The notes below the pieces were generated by a model. The model worked only from the letters and a program-made list of their open reading frames with translations. It ran no database searches and was not told where the DNA came from. A DNA stretch of 64,000 bases, from assembly GCA_001662655.1 (NCBI GenBank), contig KV460206.1; one strand, given 5' to 3'. Positions 23,172 through 36,102 of the stretch are shown piece by piece (positions within the stretch are counted from its first letter, which is position 1; each line of letters starts with the position of its first letter). The DNA is from Pseudogymnoascus verrucosus (Eukaryota). The position numbers were made by a program, and so were the translations under genes.

Positions 23172-26100
23172 GTGGGAGATACTATGTGCTACTGGGGGAT
23201 GAAAAGTGAGCGTGAGTGAGCGAGCGAGGCGTTTTTGGGAATTGTTAAGGGATGGAGGAAGTGTGTTTGCCTGCCTTGATGGCTGCTGGGATGGCTGGTT
23301 GGTTGATTGGTTGGTTTGGTGGTTGGCTATGTGTTATGGGCGTTGAGAAAACAGTTAAAACAGTCTGTTATGGTTGTTGGAGGATCTCTCGTTGCTTTCT
23401 TAGGGGAGAGATTGATTGGGGACGGGAAAATGGCCACGAAGTGATGATGATATGACATCTCCTTGCTTGCTTGCTTTATTGCGGTAGTTAGTGGGAATGT
23501 TAACTCGTGAGCGTGCTGATGTCTTCTTATGTCTTCTTCTATTATGACTGTGTATGCATGCTCGTTTAAATAAAATACTTGTGATGGGTGGTGAAGAATA
23601 TTGTGTTTGCTGGTATATTTCATAATAAAATAATTAAATAGTTCAGGGGGGGGTTTATACTTCCAACCACGTCTAAATTAATCTTCATTATTCTTTTTTA
23701 TATCAACACAAAACCAACTAATGACAGACAGACACTCACCAAACCATCTCCAAAACACCCTCCTAATAGATTCATCACATCAATCTACCCCCCCTATCTC
23801 GTCCCCTCCTCTCCACCAAGCCAAGATACCACCGCCCTAATTCTCACCGTCGCACAACCCCCTTACCTCCGCCGAGCCCTGCCGTCCCACATCCCCCAAC
23901 ATTCCCCCCCCCTCACACCACCATACCAAGACCCAGCTTTCCTCTTTTCCAATCCATACATCCCCCCCCGTGGGCGCACAAGCCAAGGGATATCCAATAT
24001 CCAAGACTTATCAGATCGGGTGCAGATGCGGGCTGAAAACAACCTCCCCAGCAGCAGCAGTGAACCGCCGAGTGATAAGGCGAATGGACGCTTTGGATGG
24101 CGTGCATATTCCAGTGTCTTGGAGAGTGGTGTGTAACACGGGGCAAGCGGGAGGGTGATGGGGGAATCTAATCGGCGCGGGTGTAACGGAGGCGTGTTGT
24201 GCGACGCGGGGCGCTTAAGGGCATCTGCGTGAGCGCGGTTGGGATGACATGACAAGCAGGGACGGATGGGACGGCTCGTGAACCTCGTTCACTGCAGTCT
24301 TTGAGGGGGCATATGCGGTGAATGGGGTTGTTGGTTGGGATGAGATTGATGGTCAATGGGGTCGGTTTCCTGGGACAGGAGAGGATGGGTGGTGGGTAGG
24401 GGGTGATGGTTGATGGGGATGATGAATGGGGCTTGTCTGTTGGGATGATGTTGTGCTATAGTGGGGGATGTGGTGATATATGGGAACGGGGGAGGGGAGA
24501 TGTGTGAGGGGGTTGATGAAGGTAAATGCACGTCTATCTTCCCGGACGGACGTGGTCCAGATTGGGGCCAAGAGACAGAGGATGCGAGATTTCAGCATTA
24601 TATATACGACAATAAATAACAGCGGACAACAAAGGAGTCCGCATTGATGCATGAGAGACGTGCGTCTGAACCCATCAGTGCCTCATCTCCACCTCCAATA
24701 TCCAGCAAGAAAGACAAATGCACAGATATCCCCACGCATTCTCCCCGCATCATACCACCACAAAAGGCACCACGCATCACCAAACTCCAAACCCCAACCT
24801 CCTCCCCCCCCAACCCCACACATAGCGCTTATCCCACCCTCCACCCGCGTCGTTTGCCCCCTCCCCCCGCGCGTCAACGAAACGCTTCACGCCCCAGCCA
24901 GCCACACAAGCAAACGAAACCAACAAACCTCCCCCCCCAAAAAGGGTAATCACATGACAAGCTTTGCCCTCTGGACGTCCTGCACATCAGCCACTCCTGA
25001 GAGCGAATGCAGAAAAGCACGGGACAAGAGGGCCGAATACGCTCGTATGAAAAATGAAAATAAAACGAATTTCAAATACCATCTAAAAAAACACCATGAC
25101 GAAAGGGCGAGACCACAGTAGAATTATACACCAACAACAACAAATACCTGCATCCTTCTGCACGCACCTGCTTGCAGCGCACAGCCTCGTCCAAAATAGC
25201 CCCCCCCCACCCCCAGAGTGCCAGTCCTAAAAAACGGTCCCTAAAAAACGGGTATGGGAAGTAAGGGGGTGGCCAAGACCAAGCGCGAACCAAAGAAAAA
25301 GGGATATCACGTGACTACCCCAACCCAACCACAACCACAACTACACACCAGTCCCGAAACAGAGAATGGTCCCGGCAGGGGGAGGCACCTGCTAACATTC
25401 CACGGGAAAAGATGTGGGAGATCTGGGGGCAGGGGGCGTTGGGCACGCGCTATTTTGCTGGATTATATGGAAGGGGGGGGAATGGTGTGGCGGTGGAGGG
25501 GGGATTTGTAAGATGAGATCCTACTGTTGAGGCTGCGCTGTGATGGCAGGGGGGGTGATATGACAGTTTCAAGTGGGGGCGAATAAGGGTGCGTCGCTGC
25601 GGGAGATCTAATGGCGGTTGATGTGGGGGGATGACAACCAAGAAATCGCACCGGTGTGAGGCCGTCGAATGGGCTGGGATGTTGCGGAGTTTGGGGCGGG
25701 GATTTGGCATTCACGGCGCTGTCTGTCGGTGGGAGAGAGAGAGGGAAGGGCTGTTTGCGATCGATGGTTGTGGTGGCTATGACCAGAGCGGCGAGATGGG
25801 GGATTTGTAAGAGAGGATCCTTTGTTCCTGGTGGTAAGGTTGTGATGTGATGGGTTGAGATGGCTGTTTTTAGAGGGTGCTGGGGTGATAGGACCGAGCT
25901 GTACAAAGAATGATGTGAGAGCTAGGATGAGAGCGTGAGGGATGGTGTGGCGGAGATGGGGGAGAAAGAGGCAAGCCACAAAAACAAAAACGACGAGAGT
26001 GAATGTGAAGTGAATTTGACAAGTTGAGATGGGAGGAGAATGAAAAGGCGCGTCTAGAGGCAGCAGCAGCTACTCACCTTATGAATATACCGTCTGATGC

Positions 26101-26761
26101 GCAATTAATGCCATGTTCACCCTGCACCATAGTGAGACAGACGTCCAAACAACCGTAGGAAACCATGCATCTAAGCGCAGAAGACGCTACTGCAGCCAGC
26201 CGCGCGCGAATCTCTCACCTCAAATGCAGGTCCCACCCTGTCCCTGTCCATCTCCCAGGGCGGCCGCGCGGGCAGATGGGCCTGAAGCCGGCATTGCGCC
26301 GGTAGGGATGGCAAATCAGAGGGAGTGTGCGGGCGTGCGAGATGGGCGTCCACGAAAGCGGGCGCAGGGTCCGAAAACGATCGTGAGGTGGAATGCGGCT
26401 GGGTTGAGCGTTGTCGTCTGATAGGTCGTTTGGGGGGATGCAATCGAGACTCTCGCTACCGCTGAGATTGCCGAGACAGAGACACGTTGTGACTGATAAT
26501 AACCTTGCTAGTTGGGGACAGGTCCGTAGGCGAAACTGTCTTTGAGATTCATGTACTCTAGTTAATTACTTACATGAACAAGTGGGGAAGGATTGCCGGG
26601 GTCATGTTTCTGTTTCTGGCGTTTCTGAATCCCAACTGATATAGGCTCCGGAGTTTGGTGGTTCCCTATAGCTAGCCCGGCACCCCCGATTATCTTTGAT
26701 CTTTCACCTTTGGATCTTAAAGAATACAACCCAGTAGCCACTTGTTTCACATCTGGTCGAA

Positions 26762-28732
26762 ATGTCAGATAGGACAACCACGATTCCTCCGACACCTCCA
26801 TCGTCAAACGCCGCAGATATCCAAGATGGTTTTGGCCATCTGATACAGCATAACTCCTCCTTCCATCATCAATCGAACTCATTTGAGGGAGGAGGGAGTC
26901 AGATGTCGCCAGCTGGATCGCCAGAACAAGGCTTGGATGACACGCTCTATAGCGACGGCGGATACCACCAATACAGCAACGACCAAGAGATCTACCAACA
27001 TGGCCTGTCGCCAAACAACATTGCAGTTGGACCTGGATATGTAGGTTCAAGTTCCATTACACTTCGGGCCCCGCCCTGACAGCGAACAGGAAGATTTGCA
27101 GTTGCAGTATGACATGAAGCAAGAGAACTCTCGCTATGCGCCGGTGCCAGATGATGCACAACTCGTAAGCAACCTGGGTCTGACCCAGAACCTAGCTGAC
27201 CATCTTAGTACGGATATGGGAGCCATGAAGCCTCTCCAGCGCCATCGGCAATGTCTCCTCCACCAAACGTGAGGCGCACCAGAAGTGGACAGGCTATTAA
27301 CCGAGCGATCCAACAGCTGAAGCCATCGCCAAAGCCGATTGCTCGGGCGACATCGCCAAAGCCAAAGGCCAAGAAGGTCAAGAAGGAGAAGAAAGTCAAG
27401 GCGGAGAATAAAATCGCCAGATTGGAACAGCCACTGAGCGTACTGACGAGGGAGTGGACACACGTGCCAGTAGTGGATATTGACGCGTACGTGAACCGAT
27501 CAGCAGAGATCAGGCGGCAGGAAGTTGAGGAGGGGAAGAACCCGGGAAAAGTCAAGAGACCGATGAACTCTTTTATGTTGTACCGGAAAGCATACCAAAA
27601 CCGAACGAAGAACTGGTGTCTGCAAAACAACCACCAAGTCGTCTCCCAAGTATGTGGCGACAGTTGGCCGCTGGAGCCAGACGATGTCCGCGCACAATTC
27701 AACGAATGGGCTAGAATCGAGCGACAGAACCACCAAAATGCCCACCCAGGATACAAGTTCTCGCCCGCGAAAGCCGGGACAGCCAAGGCGCCGAAGAGAA
27801 AGGCCTCGGTGTCGGATGAAGAATCAGGGCTCGAGGAATTCGATTGGAAGGACGGTCGCAGCAACGCCAAGGGGCCGAAGCGCCAGAGATTGACCCCCAA
27901 ACCAAGTCACACTCCTCCTGCAAAATTCCAAAATCAGCCGTACTATGGATTCGATATCGATTCGAGAGGCAGTAGCATGGAGCCGGGGATGGGTAGCAAT
28001 TTTCCAAGTTCAGCGTACCACGCATCCAACCCAGGAAGGCACGTGCCAGAGCCGTACAGGTCGAATATCCCCGACGGACAGTACTGGCAGCAAGAGGTCG
28101 TGCCGAACATGCAAAACCCTAATATCCATGATGTGATGTTGAGAAGGACAAGGGGCCCTGGCATGAATGCTGCACCGCATCCAGGCTACCAGCAAGAGTA
28201 TTACCCACCCAATGGCGCCATGAATGGCGGAATTCCTCAGCATTCCTTCAATGAACACAATGGAGCCATGAATGGTGGAACCCCTCAGCATTCCTTTAAT
28301 GGATACCAAGACGAGCCAGAGAACAAGATTGACCCTTCGCTCATGGGCCATGACCAGCCCTATGACGACTTATACAGCGCCGATGATAATGAAGTATTCT
28401 TGGATAATAACGCGTTCATGTTCAACCAACAATACTATCAGCAACCACTCGGAATCGCTGATGGAGGCCAGCAGCAGCAGCAGCTAGCAATTGTCGACGG
28501 AAATCAGCAACCTCTGCAGCAATCACTGGAAATAGTCACAGATGGAGTGAAACAGGAGTACCCAGAGTACCCTGATTATCCAGGATCGCAAACTGGTATT
28601 CCTGATACACCAATCCTAAACCAGCAGCTGGATGATCCGAACAGCCAAGACGTGTGGCATATTGTCGATAGCTTGGATACCGGAGACGAGTTCAATAAGT
28701 GGATGGGCCCAGAATTGGGGCAAGAAAACTGA
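26762..28732 (+). CDS. MATA-type HMG-box transcription factor (possibly FMF-1/Ste11-like), about 625 aa; exons 26762-27040, 27090-27164, 27209-28732
   Basis: HMG box KVKRPMNSFMLYRKAY...VSQVCGDSW...ARIERQNHQNAHPGYKFSP. Two canonical phase-0 introns link the 26762 and 27251 ORFs. The C-terminus is Q/acidic. Confidence 0.9.
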
Positions 28733-28769
28733 TGTGAATATTTTGATTGTTTAAGCGGGAGGAATCATG

Positions 28770-29110
28770 ATGGCGTCTTTATTATTGGGAAAACACTCTG
28801 GAACTATCGTGGCGTCTTCATCATTTGGGAGGACACTCTGGAACTACCAAAGCGCCGTCTTTATTCTTGGGCGGGGGGACTGAAACTGTCAAGGCGTCTT
28901 TATTGTCGGGTAGGAGACACTTAAACCATGAAGGCGTCTTCATTATTGGGAAGAATGCACTGGAACTAAAGGCGTCTTCATTATTGGGGAGGGCGCACTG
29001 AAACTATCAACGCGTCCTTATTATTGGGAGGATCCACTGGAATCACTGAAGCGTCTTTACTATGGGGGAGGATTCACTGGAACCATCGAAGCGTCTTCAT
29101 TTTTGGGATG
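28770..29110 (+). repeat. Nine tandem units of about 39-40 bp (GGCGTCTTYATTATTGGGA...CACTGGAAC) in the HMG gene 3' region
   Basis: GCGTCTT-type anchors at about 28772, 28811, 28854, 28893, 28933, 28971, 29012, 29051 and 29091. Confidence 0.92.
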
Positions 29111-29526
29111 GTCTGATTTGATACTCCATAGACGGGCGACTTGGAATGATCATCGCGGTTTCGGCGACGCGTAGATAGGGTGTTTGTAAATGGTTTTGTA
29201 AAGCCAATTGAAAGAAATATGAAATGATACTCTTAAAATTGCATCTGTGAGACGCTGCACTTGCATGAGAAACTAGAAATCAATTTCCAGTTATGAATCT
29301 CCAGTATCCATCATTTGGGCAATGGCTTTGGAGGGCCTCGGCTCACTGAGAACAATGAAGATTGTTTATGAATAACCCCCTTTAATAAAATATGAAACCG
29401 TAGTTAACCACTTTAAGTTCCCATTCTTCATCGAGTATTGCGGGTTGCTTAATGATGCTCTCGGGAAGAATGTTGGCGGGAATGTCGTTGGAACAGAGTC
29501 TTTGTGGAGAAAGCGCGATTGGCGCA

Positions 29527-29545
29527 TCCAAGCGACGCGCTTGGA
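29527..29545. promoter_or_regulatory. Palindrome TCCAAGCG-ACG-CGCTTGGA containing an MCB-like ACGCG upstream of PSF1
   Basis: Perfect 8-bp inverted repeat 70-90 bp upstream of a DNA-replication gene. The MBF/MCB role is inferred. Confidence 0.4.
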
Positions 29546-29616
29546 CGTGACGTGTTGTACTACAGCCCCTCACCCTTCAACCACAAGCTCGACAAACCTG
29601 CCCCATATCTGCTCAA

Positions 29617-30416
29617 ATGTATGGCGACCTGGGCAACAAGCTCGTAAGTCTACATGAAGCATTGGCGGTACCTGAACTCTCCTAACAAACCACAAGGCCC
29701 AGCACGCCAAGCGCACTCAAGGCCTCGCCAACCTGCCGCCGTACCAGACCGAGACAGTTCGCGCTGTTACCCGTGAAGCTCGCGAGTTACACAAAGACAT
29801 TGAAACGATCACGCAGTCTCTCAATGGATCCTTCACGCCGTCGGAGGACCCGGCTACGGCCTGCACGCTGCTCGTCAACCACCTATTCATGAGACGAAAT
29901 AAGCGCTGTTTGCTTGCGTACCATAGGGTCAGGACTGATAAGCTAGAGGAGTTGGTCTGGAGCGGCGAGGATATTCTTGATGCGCCAGTTCAACAACAGA
30001 AGGCCCAGGAGAGCTACAACAGCAGGATTCAAAGCGGAAATGCGGCCGGTGGGGAAGTGGGCAATGGAGAAAGCAACAAGCATAACCTCAGCCCCGAGGA
30101 AGAGGAGTATGTCAGAAAATACAGCGAGCTTTTGTCATCATACACGGGGCAGTGGACGGATGTCGACTTGGCAGGCAGTTTGGAGCCGCCGAGGGACTTG
30201 TTCATAGATGTGAGGGTCCTGAAGGATGCAGGAGAGATACAGACGGAATACGGGTAAGATATAGCTTCCATTGTGGCAGCCAAGCTGGTCCTGTTGACAC
30301 AAGCGACTAACATGATATCCAGGTCGATAACTCTGACCAAGAATAGCCAGTTCTATGTTCGACAAGGCGATGTGGAGCGACTCATCGCTCAAGGATATCT
30401 CCAAAAGCTCAGCTAA
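29617..30416 (+). CDS. PSF1: GINS complex subunit Psf1; exons 29617-29643, 29697-30253, 30323-30416
   Basis: MYGDLGNKL, MRRNKRCLLAY, PPRDLFIDVRVLKDAGEIQTEYG, DVERLIAQGYL. The first intron uses an AAG acceptor. Confidence 0.95.
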
Positions 30417-31492
30417 ACCAAACCTTGGATGCAATATCATGATCACAGTCACGCTGTAGTCGAGCAAACCGAAGGAGTCTTCGACGGGACGCTCTGCTCT
30501 ATGGATGTCACTCGCTGAATATCTCCGGGCGACAGCCTGGTTATAGTCGCGGTTCAGTCGAGCAATCCGAATGAATCTTCTGGGAGACGCTCCTCTCCGA
30601 GTGTCACTCTTTGGAGTCCCCGGGCTGCGGCTAAAGACTCCCGTTGCATTTACTCAGCCAAGTTGGACTTCGGATGACGACAAGAGTCCTCTCTCAATGT
30701 GTCCGAGGATAGATGGTGGGGTTTACCAGAGTCAAGGCGTCAGGAGAAAGAGCTTAAAATCCTCAATTGTTGGTGTGATATCTTTCAGTCAGCCACCGTG
30801 GCGGAAATATACTGGATCGAAGACACGTCCCTTCAACACGCTCGTGGATTTGGTAGCATCGTGGATTCATGGCAATTGGCATTTGGTTCTATCTGTATAA
30901 TATGCATGGTTCTACAAACACGTGGCCATGGGCCACAATTTCCGCACGAGGCTGATATCGATGCCACTCCCTTTGAACGGTGATAATATTCTAAGTGAAC
31001 AAATCGATATTTTTGCATCAGGATAAAATATGCAAAGTATCCAATTTAAGCTAAATTGTACCCTGACAGTTGGGGTCCATGCCAGCCCAATCATTCGCAT
31101 TGGCTACCATGACGTAGTGCAGGTTATTTGAGACATTCCATAGCCTTGCATCCTCGTGAGAACTACGAACATTCATTTATCGGATTTACTACCAAATAAT
31201 CCCCTCATATATAGAAAATAGAATCTATAGAGCAATAAAAGTGAGAGCAGTCTTGGACCCTTTAATATCGCCACTTTCCCAAACCCCTTAGCGCCAGTAA
31301 CCATGGAACGGGAGCTAGCTACGTAAGAAATCTTGTCACTTATCTCCCACACGGACCCCGCCTTGCTCTAGACCTCGAAGACCCGCTTATTGAGCGACAC
31401 GGCTATCATTCGTGCCATGGGTATAGATAGAGCTTGCTCTGCTGGATAGTGCTTGATTTCGTGCGACGGCATCTGCGAGCGCCACCGTTGGA

Positions 31493-34400
31493 ATGTCGCT
31501 GCCAGCGTCCGAAAGACTCGCGCCATCGAGGAGGCAGAGGGCATTGTCTGCCGCGACGACCGCACAGAACCTCCTCTGGCCAGTCCAATTAAGCAGTAGC
31601 CATGGAGATTCCAGTGCTCGGCCATCGCCGGGATTGTCTGCTCGTACTGGAGAGCCATCAGATCCCATTGGCATGCCAGCAAGTCCGTCGAATGTGTACA
31701 GCCAAAGGGAACCGACAAGATCTTTCTTCCACAGTTCATTCCGTGGACAGCCAGGTCAGTATACTCCAGGCGCATAGGTCGCATTGTGCATTGCTGACGC
31801 CGCATTTCTACAGCACCCCATGATAGCCAGCAATATGCCCGCGATGTTCGAGAAGACACAGCGGAGCTTGCTTCGTATGCGCTCTCGGAGCAATCTCGCT
31901 CGATGATGGGCAGTTCGCCTCGACGAAGCTCATCGACGCATTCAAATATTGGATCAAATTTAGATGCGTGGGGAGATGTAGACGATGACAGCGCCACACC
32001 ACACGTATCCCATGGTCCTACAAAACCATCAGTTATTGAGGAATTGTCGGAACCAGGAACTCCAATGCATGAGGGTCAGCCGTATAGGTCCCCGGGAACT
32101 TCTGTATTGGCAGATATGCTACGGAGGGCCTCTACGGCTGCATCTCCACCGGATGGTTATATTGATTCTGGTGAAGGAGATACTGCAGAGGATACAGGTG
32201 ATGAAGAGGCCCTGATATCTGGCCAAGGAAAGAATTCGGCACCTGGTGGAGCGGACGCCACGGAGCATACCCCATTACTTCGCCAGGTGTCACAAGGACA
32301 GAGCCAACGGCCAAATTATCTCAGTGGAGGTCATGACTTGGAGGCACAGCCAGTTCGAAGGAATAAATCCTGGCCCAAAGTCAACAAGATACTCTCGAAG
32401 CAGCTGAGGAGAGGGCACCATGCAGCACGATTAGTTTCAAGTCCCGAGAAGTGGGATAAGAAGGTCATATGGCAGAAGTCAGTTGTTGAGCCAGCAGGGT
32501 ACATCCCAGCCGTTGTTCTAGGAGCGCTGCTCAATGTTCTTGATGCCCTCTCGTACGGCATGATTCTCTTCCCTCTCGGGGAGCCGCTGTTTGAGAAGCT
32601 AGGCCCTGCAGGCATATCGATGTTTTACGTTTCCTGCATAGTATCGCAACTCGTATTCTCGTTCGGCGGTAGTATTTTCAAAGGAGGCGTCGGCTCCGAG
32701 ATGATTGAAGTTGTGCCGTTCTTTCATAAGATGGCCTTCACTATCCTGGCGACTGTTGGGGAGGACAATCCCAAAGCTGTCATCTCAACCACCATCACTT
32801 CATATGCCATAAGCTCTATCCTTACTGGGCTAGTGTTCTTTCTGATGGGAGTCTGTCGCTTTGGATATATCGTCGGCTTTATCCCCCGCCATATCCTGAT
32901 CGGATGCATCGGTGGTGTCGGTTGGTTCTTGATTGCCACGGGGCTGGAAGTTACGGCTCGCCTCGAGGGCAATCTCGAGTACAACTGGAAAACATTACAC
33001 AAATTAATCCAGTTCGACACGGTGTTTCAGTGGGTAACACCACTAGTGTTAGGTTTGTTTCTGTACCGCTCTTCAAAGATATTTACTGGCAAATACTATC
33101 TTCCGACATTTATATTATTAATACCCGCCATTTTCTACTTTTTTGTATTTGCATTACCACAGTTGGATATACCTCAGTTGAGAGAAGATGGGTGGATTTT
33201 TGACGCACCAGATGCGGATGAACCGTGGTGGTATTTCTATACTTTATATGGTATGCTCTAGCTCCCAGATTTGCTTTAGGATACACTAACCTATATAGAT
33301 TTCAAGCTTGTCCACTGGGGCGCGGTTGCTGAAAACATACCTGCAATGTTTGCCTTGACATTCTTCGGTGTCCTACATGTCCCTATCAATATCCCGGCCC
33401 TTGCCTTCAATATTGGAGAAGATCATTTGGATCTTGACAGAGAGCTTGTGGCCCATGGCATCTCCAATGCGCTATCTGGATTTGCAGGGAGCATCCAGAA
33501 TTACCTGGTCTACACAAACAGTGTGCTTTTCATCAAGTCCGGAGGAAACAGCAGAGTTGCCGGCTTCATTCTTGCCGTTGCAACTTTTGGGGTCCTTCTG
33601 GCCGGGCCAGGGCTCATCGGGTACATTCCCGTGATGATGGTCGGGGTCCTCATCTTCGTGCTCGGATTCGAGCTAGTGTTCGAGGCTGTCTGGGACCCAA
33701 GGAAGAAGCTCAAGCCACTTGAATACCTAACAGTCATTGCCATCGTATTGGTCATGGGAACTTATGACTTCGTTGTCGGCATATTTGTTGGTATCGCACT
33801 GGCATTCGTCAGCTTAGTCGTGCAAACTTCGCGTGTACCAGCAGTACGGGCATCTTATTCAGGAGAGATTGCCGGCTCGACAGTTCGTAGGAACCCCATC
33901 CAGCATGACTACCTGCGCCAGGTCGGAAGACAAATCCATGTTACGAAGCTTGCTGGATATCTGTTTTTTGGAACTATTGTTGACGTTGAGGCGAGGATAA
34001 GGAGTCTGATCAAAGAGGAGGCGTTCAACCATCGCCCAATTCGCTATCTAATATTCGATTTGTGGCATGTCACTGGCATAGATTACTCCGCGGCCGAGGC
34101 GTTCAATCGCTTGAACAGAATCTTTAGCCAGAAGGGTGTTACTATTGTCATGAGTGGCGTCTCCTCAGAAAGCCCAATTGGCCTGAGCCTTCGGAATGTT
34201 GGACTTGGTGAGGGGGGAAACGAGGTGACCCTACTTCCAGACCTCAACTCCGCACTTGAAAGCTGCGAGAATGGGCTTTTAAAGGCTCTCTACCACAACA
34301 AGGATGAAAGGAATGCGCAGCATGCTCGTAGCGCGAGCGCCTTGTCAAGGGATGTCAATGCACGGCGCCTTTCTACAACATCTTCTCATCAGCCGTTTCC

Positions 34401-34947
34401 CACTCTACTTGGCTCCCCGCGCGGCAACCACTTAGTCGTTGCAGCTACCAAGTCTCTGGAGACGGAGCATGAAAACTCCACACACAAATGGCAGAATTTC
34501 AAGGAGCCTCTCCGTCTGATCCTCCAAACCTTCCAGGGACTGACTGATAAAAACGAGGACTTCTGGTTCCGCGCCGTGCCCTACTTTACTCGCAAAGAGT
34601 ACGCAGCGGGCACGACGCTTTTCCGTCGCGAGCAACCTGCAGACGGTTTCTACCTCCTGGAAGATGGTATACTGAGGGCAGACTACGACCTACCCCAGGG
34701 ACGATACTTTGAAAGCATCGTCGCGGGGACGACCTGTGGCGAGCTACCTTTCTTCTCCGAAACAGAGAGGACGGCGACGGTGATTGCAGAGCGAGATTGT
34801 GTCGTGTGGCTGATGGACCGGGGGCAATGGGAGGAGCTGCAAGAGAAGGATAAGGATGTGGCACAGGAGCTTCTACGGATCACACTGAAGATGACCACAG
34901 AGAGGATGAGTGCTATTACAAGCTATGTGCTCACTACGGCTGGATAG
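31493..34947 (+). CDS. VSB1: SulP-family transporter with STAS and cyclic-nucleotide-binding domains (Vsb1/YGR125W-like); exons 31493-31754, 31814-33250, 33299-34947
   Basis: LLNVLDALSYGMILFP, GSEMIEVVPFFH, FFGVLHVPINIPAL, GSIQNYLVYTNS, KLAGYLFFGTI (STAS) and CGELPFFSETERTATV (cNMP). Introns preserve frame. Confidence 0.88.
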
Positions 34948-36102
34948 CCGCACATATTGTAGCTGGCACGATGGTTGTATATTTTGATATTTATGGTGTA
35001 TATGAAGGGTAGCATTTTGTAATTGGAGCTAGCACATAGCATTTCGGGAGAGCGAGTGAGAGCTTCCTGCCGCGCTGCGGACGTATACCAAGCTATAACG
35101 AAGGCATTTATTTGATATTAGAGGACTTCAGGTGAATCGGCTGAAGGCGAGTAGTGACAGTTTAACGAGTCGGAATACTCCCTCCCAGGTCCACCAAGAT
35201 ATTCCCGAAGCTCCAGCACGTGGAAAGAGCATCGAACCCCTGAAGCTTGGTGCGGGGGACGGGTCATTCGTACCTACTATATTTTCAGGCTGAATAGGGT
35301 TTGGGTCGTCTATCGAAGCCATGGAATGTTCCCTGACTTTAGCCTCAAGACGCCTCATTCGACAACAACTCGAGTACTCCGCACCTGCTTAATTGCCGTG
35401 CATCTACAAGTGCTTTCTCATAGATGAAGTGCAATTTCTCTCTTCACTCCACGATGCCAAGCTGACTACTGGCGTTCTCGTCTCTTCGGCGCCGGTTCTC
35501 CGCAACAGCGGCAGAGCAGGAAGTACACTGGTACAAGCGGATAATTACCCCAGACTTTCGGCAGTCTCCCTGTCTTGTTGCATGTCAGTTTGGTCTTTAT
35601 CCAGGACCTTCCGGATCAACAGAAACCCCTCCTCTTCCGGTCCCCTCGCTTTGGCCCTGTCTATCTACCAGCTTCGAAGGGCAAGGTGGAAGCCAAGGAT
35701 GCCGCTACGGCTGCGTATGAGATATTCACAGCTAAGATCGGCATTTCCAACCATAACCCCCAAGGTTTACCCCAAGATTTGTTGGCTAGCACAGCTGGTA
35801 AATATGCCAACCCGTGCATTGATATGGCTAGAATACGCTCGTAAATTACCCGGCATATAACCAATCCGTCGATATTGCATCAGAGACCTTTTCTCCTCAC
35901 TTGCTCCATTACGCTATATCACCAATTTCCACAAAGATGCAAGGTACCATGATTGCGTGCACATCACCCTGGCCCGGCTGGATGGCAAGTTCAATTTAAG
36001 TAGACCAGGATTTCCTCTTTTTTCGTTCCTTTTCAGTCATCCAGTTGCTCATCAGTTTCTTCCTGCTTCTCGTGGACTTGAGATATCCTCACAGCTGTCA
36101 AG

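Noticed and set aside
28211..28302. 48-bp duplication in the HMG CDS (NGAMNGGxPQHSFN x2)
   Set aside because: Real, but an ordinary in-frame duplication in a disordered region.
26762..28732. Mating-type locus (MAT1-2-1) call for the HMG gene
   Set aside because: No APN2/SLA2 flanks are visible, there is no intron inside the HMG box, and the protein size fits a non-MAT HMG factor.
30571..30983. Short ORFs between PSF1 and VSB1
   Set aside because: No motifs and conflicting frames.
35393..35860. ORFs upstream of the xylanase
   Set aside because: They have non-ATG starts and no recognisable domain, so this is more likely promoter sequence.
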